46,906 nt of DNA, from NCBI GenBank assembly GCA_051942165.1, contig JAVECS010000015.1, forward strand, positions 1 to 46,906, in the 5' to 3' direction. Every line of letters begins with the position of its first letter. Position 1 is the stretch's first letter. Below the pieces are notes generated by a model. It did not search any database. It was not told the DNA's origin and saw nothing but the letters and a program-made list of their open reading frames with translations. The stretch comes from Circinaria calcarea (lineage: Eukaryota). Shown piece by piece: positions 38,185-46,906 of this stretch. The translations under genes and the position numbers were made by a program.

Positions 38185-39108
38185 TTAGGGTTTTTGTGGA
38201 GTCATCAAAGCGTTCGTTGCAGAGTGGAGATATATACCCCTTATTGATAGACTATGCTATCATTTATTTTAATAAACTGGTGGTACCCCCCTCCCTGTTC
38301 GAAAGTGTACCTTTTCTACTTGACTAGGGTGAATGGACAAACGCACGCAACTGAGCAGAAATCCTCTTGGTGGCATCTATTACTGCAAGCTATCTTCAGT
38401 AATCACCATCATCACAGCACATATCCCTCTCGTGCTTTGGTATCGGAGAACGACATCATCCTCCCCTAGTCCATATTCCTTCTCGCGAGCACTAACAAGA
38501 CTTTATGCCTTTCGACGCTGCGGAAGCTCGTTGGCATCTTCTCTCGGCCGCTGCTGAACGGCACAGGTTCTCGTCGATACCGTCTCTGGTTCTCGGAGCT
38601 GACGTGGTGCAGAAGCGCCGTAGGAAGAGTTTGCTGAGTTGAGGCATTCTGCTCTGAGGACGTGGGCGGCAGGATTGGATGTTTATTTCATTCCCGACTT
38701 GTTTCTATTGCAAATGGAGTTTGGCAGAGTTGGTTGGTTGATGAGTAGGTATGCAAGGCATCTAAATATCCTGGAAATCGTCGAATTTTCATTCCACCGT
38801 CCTGTGATCTTCCATTTCGAGTCCCCCATATACCTCACGGATCTGTACGGGGTAACATTTGCAAATCTCACTTTGCTTGGGTAGAATTGTTTTGCGTAGG
38901 TATGGTCCTCCGCTTGGAGATATTATTCCGACTGAGAGATTATATCGTACTTCATGTTTGTATGATAAGGGTTTCTATGATTAGCCTATCTGGGGAAGCG
39001 TTAATTCTGTGATCTATTTAGTGTTTAGATGTAAACATTGAATATATTGGTACACATAACAATGGATGTTTGATGGATTTGATGCCGTGATTTTTCCATT
39101 TGCCTAGC

Positions 39109-40553
39109 CTAACTACCCAAGTATCTCTTCCAGCCGTTCCGCACACAACGCCTCTTCCCATCGTCACCTTCGCCAACGATGAATTTCTCCCATCTTCCAT
39201 CTCGCCCAGCTCCAATAACTAGAATAGTGTAGTCGTTCAACCATCCAATGATTCCCTTTGCCGGACGTCCACCCGGAACTCCAGGTATTGGTACATATGA
39301 AGAAACAGCCCCGTTACCAAGTCCAATGCCTGGGTCATCACCAACCTCAATATGAGCAGATGTAAACGAGTAGATGTCTGAAAACACTCGGGGAAGCATA
39401 GGGATCTTGCCCAAAATACCCCATTTTTGCTTATTAGTCTCATCGGAACTACCCATGGTTGAGGCACTGCTTGTCGGCCGTACATGCTTGTTCGTGACAG
39501 ACCACTCATTTTGAGGCGTATGTAAAGGATGTGGAAGGTCGAAAATATGCAGAGTCGATTTGTCCGATGTAACTGCAAGGAGGCTACTATCGGGGGAGAT
39601 GCCGATTGAGTAGATCGATGCGTGATCCACGCCTCGGCGCAGCTCTCCTATCCGAGCGCAGTTTGCAGTTGAGAAGACCCGGATAAGAGTACCCTAAGTT
39701 GCATATAGTTAGGACAGGAATAATTTACTAACTTGCCAAATGAGACAACATACGGTTTCACTGGCTGTAGCGAGTACTTCTCCATCTGGACTTAACTCCA
39801 TGGCTTTTAGCGGAGATCCGTGAGCTGGCCAAATACTGACGTTGCCCGTCTCGATTTCGACCAGCTGCACCTGCCCTGGGGTCCGGCCCGGGAAAGCAAT
39901 TACCTTGGATCCCAAGCAGCATAGTCCCGAAGGATTATCCGCCGTTTCAAAGACGGACAGCTTCTTTGGGGGCGAAGAGAAGGCATACGTGTGGACGCTG
40001 TTCTGGAGAGCCACCACAATTCTTGATCGGGATAGCCGAACACGATTAACCGACGTCCGGAACTCAAGCGTAATGACTGCCTTTTGCTTTGCATCATCCC
40101 ATATTATCACCTGCGTTCATAATCAGCACTGTTGGTAGTGAGTGATGGCAAGCACGCGAGAAGCTTACCGACCTTGTTCTGAGGAAACTTAGGTTGCTTT
40201 CCTCCGCCAACAAGAGCTATGTAGTTTGCTCGACCAAGCATTTCTGCAATTCCAATTCCGGCATTGAAATCTGAGCATAGTGCATCATTAGCCCAGACTT
40301 CGAGCTATAAAGTACAAGCAACCCCTTGTTAATAGGAGAAAAATACCGCGTGAGACCTTGAGTTCGCATGGCTCTGTATTGAAGACTGTGCGCATTATGT
40401 CAGTTACCATGGTCTAGACTTAGGAGTCTAAAGAGTGACCTTACCACAGAAGCCTGTATCAAGACCTACAGAGAAGCAGCTGCTGTCCTGGTTAAACGCA
40501 ACAGACAACGACACTGGCCCGGCGGATTCATCAATAGCTTGTCTGGTGTTCAT
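39109..40553 (-). CDS. HSV2: PROPPIN WD40 phosphoinositide-binding protein Hsv2 (SVP1-like 2, WIPI3/4-like)
   Basis: [45 protein letters not shown], and the lipid-binding LRRG motif. Confidence 0.9.
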
Positions 40554-40915
40554 GGCGCAGTACCATTCACCAAGCTAGGGTGGTAGCCGCTGAAGATGAC
40601 CGCGCGCAGTCGTATGTACCTTGGACTTGACACTCATGAGGCTGAGAAGGATAATAATATTCACCGCGCGCCTTTGGTTTCCCAGGTGCCAGTTGCGGCA
40701 TGCGATACGTCTACGTACCATGTTTATGGCTATCTGATTACCCGCTTAACCGTATTAGGCCTAGATTCGTGAACCCCTTAGATGCGACGACATTGCGGCA
40801 TTCAGAAACATCAAACTCTAGAGACGTTTCAAGCAATTAGCCTCCAGATATTCTACACATCTTACGCGTATAAGTTCGACGAGCTTAAGCTCTAGCTAGA
40901 ATTGTTACCTGCAGA

Positions 40916-42413
40916 ATGTCCTCTTCACTCAACGCGGTATCTAATCCCTCTTCGCCGACAGCCGCGCAGGATTGGCCGTGGGTTTCAATCAAGATCATTT
41001 GCTAACATAGCACATTCGCAGATCAAGATGCGTCGAAAGAAGAATTTCAAGAAAGGGATCCAATTCTGCCTCATGGTCTGCGGTGCTTCAGGAACTGGTA
41101 GAGTTTGTCCGAAGGATATTTCTCTACTGAAGCTGATTGGTATGCTCTCAAGGTCGTACTACCTTTGTCAATACTCTCTGCGGGAAGAAAGTACTCCGGG
41201 GTAAGGACTCGGATGACGCTTCCAATGCCCATCTTGAGGAGGGCGTAAGGATCAAGCCTGTCACAGTCGGTGCGTTGTGTCATTCAATCGCCCAAATAAC
41301 CACATCTAATACTACCATAGACCTTGAATTAGACGAGGAAGGAACACGCATTTCGCTGACGATTGTGGATACTCCGGGCTTCGGAGATCAGATCAACAAC
41401 GACACCTGGTTGGTTCTTTGGCCCAATCGGGCTTTGCCATACTAATGGACGACCATAGCTTTTCCGAAATTGTGGAATACCTCGAACGCGAATATGATAA
41501 CATTCTAGCGGAGGAGTCCAGGATAAAGCGTAACCCAAGGTTCAAGGACAACAGAGTCCACGCGCTCCTATACTTTATCACACCAACTGGTCACGGGTAT
41601 GCCTCCACTCTAATTTCAATCCCAAAACGTCATTTTTGACCCCTCTTCCCAGACTACGAGAGCTAGACATTGAGCTCATGAAGCGTCTTTCACCCCGAGT
41701 GAATGTTATTCCTGTCATCGGCAAAGCAGATTCTCTCACTCCAGTCGAGTTAGCAGAATCGAAGAAGCTGGTCATGGAAGACATTGAACACTACCGAATA
41801 CCAGTCTACAACTTTCCATATGATGTCGACGAAGACGATGAGGATACGGTGGAGGAGAACGCAGAACTACGTAATCTGATGCCCTTCGCAATCGTCGGAT
41901 CTGAAGAGGTTGTCGATGTTGGAGGAAGAAGAGTCCGAGCTCGGCAATATCCTTGGGGTGTAGTTGAAGTCGAGAACCCGAGGCACTCAGACTTTTTGGC
42001 CATTAGGAGTGCTCTCTTGCATAGCCATCTTGCGGACTTGAAAGAAATCACGAATGACTTCTTGTACGAGAATTACAGGACTGACAAGTTGAGCAAGGGC
42101 GTCGATGGTGGCGATAGGGCGTAAGTCATGATCTCCGCTCTCCATAGTTTAGATACTGATTCATTTGGGTTGCTCTAGCGATTCGTCCATGAATCCGGAT
42201 GATCTAGCTTCGCAGTCAATTCGACTCAAGGAAGAGCAACTCCACCGTGAGGAGGAGAAGCTCCGCGAGATTGAAGTCAAGGTACAGCGAGAGATCAACG
42301 AGAAGAGGCAGGAGCTGTTGGCACGTGAGAGTCAGTTGAAGGAATACGAACTTCGTATGCACCGGGAACAGAGCGTTTCTATGGATGAGAGGAACGGGGA
42401 TGATGCGTCTTAG
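40916..42413 (+). CDS. CDC11: Septin Cdc11/AspA
   Basis: MRRKKNFKKGIQF, P-loop GASGTGRTTF (Arg variant typical of Cdc11), DTPGFGD, GKAD, RQYPWG, LYENYR, and a C-terminal coiled coil. Confidence 0.93.
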
Positions 42414-42866
42414 GCAGTGAGAGGCGAGATTGACGGATCATGTCCGGACTGTGGACCACTTAGGTATACTGTGGATACCCATTGCTGGAGCATTCGATGT
42501 ATTTCCGTTCTCTTTTTTAGGTGCAAGTTACTACAAGGCAATGATTTGTGCCATTCAATAATAGAAAACCGAAAGGTTCCTTTTCACTTATAATATCCAC
42601 AACTCATGTTTAGCATTTGATAGTTGGCCCTGTCTCTCTGCAAAGACCCGATGACCATGTGTAAACCTTCGAGAATCATCTCCATAACAGCACGCGAAAA
42701 TGATTTATTTCACGTGATGGCGGCTAAGCCGTGAACAGCTTAGGCTCATTTCGATTATCCCATGACATATGTCTTCTTCGGTTGCCATCACTTGTCTTCC
42801 TACAACGCCATCCTCTTCTCTGTCCACCATCTCCGACTTCTTCTTTGCAACAAGCAGAAAGCAGGG

Positions 42867-43820
42867 ATGTCTACGAATACCAAATATCAACCAGCGCCTC
42901 AGCGCGATTCATTCGAGGAAGGAAATTATTCTCAAGCCCCTCCATCATACCAGGCCGAGGGACATAACAACGATGACTTTCTTGGAGCTCCAAGGAGTGA
43001 GGATGATAATGTACCCGATGACTTCAAAGTAAGACTCTCCCGCCTAAGAGATTTCATTCACGTTGTGGCGATTCAGGACTCCGGCTGACGATCCTAGTTT
43101 GGGGGCTCTGTCGCTGAAGCTACTCTCCCAATCCGTATGCAGTTCGTCAGGAAGGTCTACTCTATCTTGTGAGTTCATCACATCTTCATTCAGAATAGGA
43201 AAAGCAGCAGCTAACGGAACCGTAGGACTGTCCAGCTGCTTGCGACTGTTGCCCTGAGTTCCGTTTCGTACGTTAGCAGTAGCTATAAGAGCTGGATCCA
43301 ACAGAACACATGGATGATGTGGGTTTCGTTGTTCGGTGCCATTGGATTCATGCTCCTCACATTCTGGAAACGCAAATCGTACCCGACCAACCTATTATTC
43401 CTAACCGGTTTTACCGCACTAGAGGCTTATTCAATCTCGGTCATAGTGTCGTTCTACGATTCGAGAATAGTGCTTGAGGCGTTGATACTCACTCTGGGCA
43501 TCTTCCTCGCACTTACGCTCTTCGCCTGTCAAACAAAGTACGACTTTACGTCTTGGGCGCCGTATCTCTTTGGAGGCCTATGGGGACTCATCCTGTTCGG
43601 TTTCATGGCGGCCTTCTTCCCTTACAATAGCACTGCGGAGCTGTGTTATGGAGGCTTAGCTGCATTGATCTTCAGCGGATACATCCTGGTAGACACCCAG
43701 TTGGTTATGCGCCACTACCACGTTGAGGAAGAAATCGCCGCGGCGATTTCCCTCTACCTAGACATCATCAATCTTTTCTTGGCCATTTTGAGAATCCTCA
43801 ACAGCCAGCAGAATAACTAG
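42867..43820 (+). CDS. BXI1: Bax inhibitor-1 family (TMBIM4/GAAP-like) protein
   Basis: DDFK|FGGSVAEATLPIRMQFVRKVYSIL, YPTNLLFL, QTKYDF, DTQL, SLYLDIINLFL. Confidence 0.92.
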
Positions 43821-44807
43821 AATATCAAAAGGTCAACCAACTCGACTCCCAAACGGCATTAACGACGGCTCAAAGGAGGAAGTTTATTGATATGGTGTTT
43901 GCGGGCTTCGAAGGCGGCGTCTAGAGCACCTGAAGGAAGTGAAATGGGTGTTTGCTTGAGGTTCTTGTATTGTAACCAAGTTGTTAGTACTATAACAGAT
44001 ACTTCCTTACTCTTGGAGTCTTGAGCGCCAGTTTATCCCCACCTTTCTTGACAGCTTACGCCCCTAAGGAATCCGTATGACGTGCGTTTAGGCCGCTCTA
44101 CTGAGCAAGGCCCTGCTCAGAATGCTGCAGGACATTCACTCCATCGCCAAAAGTGAAATTGCATGGTGATACGTCCAGAGATTGTAAAGAAAATGTCAGA
44201 TATATATAGCGCTCCAGCTCCGGTTTTGAATGGACATATTCGCACCAGTGACGGGATGATACTGGAGTTCTCCGTAGGCTCTAGAAGCCTTGCAGTATAC
44301 ATGTTTACTTTTCTGATATGGCGGCTTCCTCCCATACTATAGTAAACATTGTATTCCAGATGGGTTTAGAGGCACTCGAGCATTCGGTAAGGGCTTGGGG
44401 GCTCGACGTGTTCAATGCCACACACCTGATTGGACCCTGCAATCTCAGGAACCGACGCGCCGACTTCGTCTATGCCGAAATTTTAGACAGGCGCACAGCG
44501 GATTCAATTGAGCAAGTCTGGGGACCGGTATGAAGTTTGCGAGTCCGGAATCTTAGCCACACACTCGTTTCGTCTCAGGCACACGATCTTATCATTCTTT
44601 CATCTTCGTTCGGGTAAGGAGTGGATACCTATTGCCGCTCGTTGACCTGTCAGTTCCTTCCCCTGAAGCAGTAACGATCGTTTTCTCATGCATGGCTATT
44701 GTTAGCTCTGGTCTTGGTCTCGGCCCCTACAATTAATAGTGTCGCTGGATCGATGCCCCTCTGAGAACTACAAAATCTTTGGAGCTCGGCATCCAAACTT
44801 CCTCGCC

Positions 44808-46436
44808 ATGGCCACTAGAGCCCCTGGACCCCAGCCGGACCTCGAGTATGCTGAGCAGAAGACCGAGAAGAGTCTCAATGAATATACTCTGAGAGATACT
44901 CTCGCCAAAGAAATTGGTGTAGAACACGGCAAAGCGGTACCACAATGGAATAGACCACGGCCGAGTCTTAAACCCTCGAAGCGCAAAGCGAAGGTACAGG
45001 ATGATAGCATTTTGGCTGCAATGTGCGCCTGGATTGTTGAACATCAGATAGGTAGGACCACTATAGGGAAACCGCGCTTACACGAGTTAATCGGAGGAGT
45101 AGGTCTTGCCATGAATTTGCTGTCATTACTTGCCTTGACCCACATGTGCTTCCCGCGGGCGCGACGACAGACTCGAAAATTCTTCGAACTCTCCTACTAC
45201 AATGCTTCTTCTGGACGGTATAGCTTGGGGTGGGATGATATCTTCATGGTCTTCTTCTGGATCATTGTTTTCACCGGCTTGCGGGTGGCAGTGATGGATT
45301 ACCTTCTTGTTCCTCTGGCACAGGCAGCAGGGATAACAAAGAAGAAAGAAAAAACGCGCTTTGCTGAGCAAACCTGGGTGCTTGTTTACTACGGGGCTTT
45401 TTGGTCATTGGGAATGGTAAATATGGTTTTTCCCCCGAACTTCGGGGCTGGCTAATAGGCTATAGTATGTAATGTATAACTCCGATTACTGGCTCAATTT
45501 CCGCAAACTCTGGGCGAATTGGCCTGATAGGGAGATGGACGGTCTGTCCAAATGGTACTATCTTGTACAATTTGCATTCTGGCTCCAGCAAATCTTGGTT
45601 GTCAATATCGAAGAAAGGAGGTCGGATCATGTTCAAATGTTTACCCATCACATCATCACATGCGCTTTAATGCTCACGAGCTATGGATATCATCAGACAA
45701 AAGTCGGTAATTTGATTCTATGTCTGATGGATGCTGTGGACCTCGTCTTTCCGGTAAGCCCAAAATCCATTTTTTTGTCGCTTCAACAAAACATTACTAA
45801 AAATCATTCGGCTGGTAGCTGGCTAAAATATTAAAATATCTAAAATACCGAGTGGCGTGCGACATCACATTCGGCATCTTTATGGTCACCTGGATTGTCA
45901 CTCGACATATCCTCTATCTCATGGCATGCTACTCTATTTACGCGGATATCCCGCGAGAAATCAATCTTGGATGTTACTGGGGATCGAACAAGGACTTGCA
46001 CGGTCCCATCGATCCTCCAGATAGTTTCAACCATCTCCTCCAACCATTTCATGATCCCGAAGGCATGGTATGCTGGACCAATAAGATTACGTGGATCTTC
46101 TTGGCCATGCTACTCTCGTTGCAACTTATCCTTCTTTTCTGGTTCGGCATGATTGTGAGAGTTGCATGGAAGGTCATCCAAGGCGGCGAAGGAGAAGATC
46201 CCAGGAGTGACGATGAAGGGGAAGAGGAAGAAGATGAAGTTGCACATATCAGAGAGCCTTTTATCGAGGTTCCACCCCTAGAGGAGGAAGTCGGCATCGA
46301 GGCCATGAACCTGAACGGTCGCAAATCGAGTCCGGCAAGGAGACTTAGGAAAGGGGCAGGGACGGCGAGCGGCGTCACCCTGCACAGCGACCGAAAGGAA
46401 TTACTCGGCAGGATAGGTTGCGATAAGGGCGCTTGA
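44808..46436 (+). CDS. barA: Ceramide synthase (Lag1/TLC domain), BarA-type clade
   Basis: RFAEQTW, YYLVQFAFWLQQILVVNIEERRSDHVQMFTHH (Lag1p motif), DPRSDDE acidic tail. Three introns. Clade assigned from recalled motif differences versus LagA/Lag1. Confidence 0.85.
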
Positions 46437-46906
46437 GGAGAAGGGGTAAGCTTCCGTATGCTCTCCTCGTTCTTCAACAGTGCTTCTTTTGGTTCATCGT
46501 AGCATTATACCAGCTTTGGGCGGGCTTAGACAAAAGCGGAGTCATTTTTGAGGCGCGTTTTTCTCCGCGAATGATGGGTGGGAGTGAACAGGGGCCTTGA
46601 TATTGGTACATAATCGATGAGAGTTACGTATGTGTTCTATGGATAACAATCCTCCTCACCTCCATCCCGCTTTCCCACCCTCCCCCCTCCTTTCCAGCGT
46701 CCCAGTGTCCCAGCGTCACTTGTCTCCTAGGCTTAGACTGTACCATTCATGGGGTTTGTCGCTAGCACAAGGTCCACGCTCCAAGTTCGGGCTACGACTT
46801 CCCCCGAATCTTTAATCTTTGACAGCTAGAGGGGAAGGTCGTGCGGGGTTTGGGTTGTGCTTTGTCCCGTCCCCCTAAGGAAAGGGGGGGAGGGGAGGTA
46901 ACAATG

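Noticed and set aside
235..46815. Many antisense or overlapping ORFs in the ORF track (for example 830-1348, 27924-28421, 35811-36275, 46049-46477)
   Set aside because: Shadow frames of real genes or intron read-through, with no recognisable motifs.
46650..46900. C-rich and G-rich tracts that are roughly complementary
   Set aside because: Low complexity, imperfect, and truncated by the window end.

Overview
Intron-rich nuclear DNA from a filamentous ascomycete (Pezizomycotina; finer taxonomy cannot be fixed from this window). It holds 18 recognisable genes: RSR1, mccB, ISY1, MTG1, BOR1, MRPS16, an AVT-family transporter, ro-10/dynactin p24, SHO1, an INP54-like 5-phosphatase, a cysA/cys2-type serine O-acyltransferase, OCH1, IST3, dynein light intermediate chain, HSV2, CDC11, BXI1 and a BarA-type ceramide synthase. 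A MARVEL-like membrane protein is also likely. Exon-intron structures were reconstructed by eye. The clearest non-genic feature is a 175-bp MITE-like element with 40-bp terminal inverted repeats, TA flanks and RIP-like transitions, upstream of MRPS16. Other observations: two consecutive GC-AG introns plus micro-exons in RSR1, an unusually long BOR1 intron, and gene-poor intervals (14.1-14.7, 17.5-18.5, 22.5-23.8 and 28.5-35.1 kb) that seem to hold decayed or orphan genes. I found no tRNA, rRNA, snRNA, CRISPR array or intact transposase, and cannot support a novel multi-gene system from the sequence alone.
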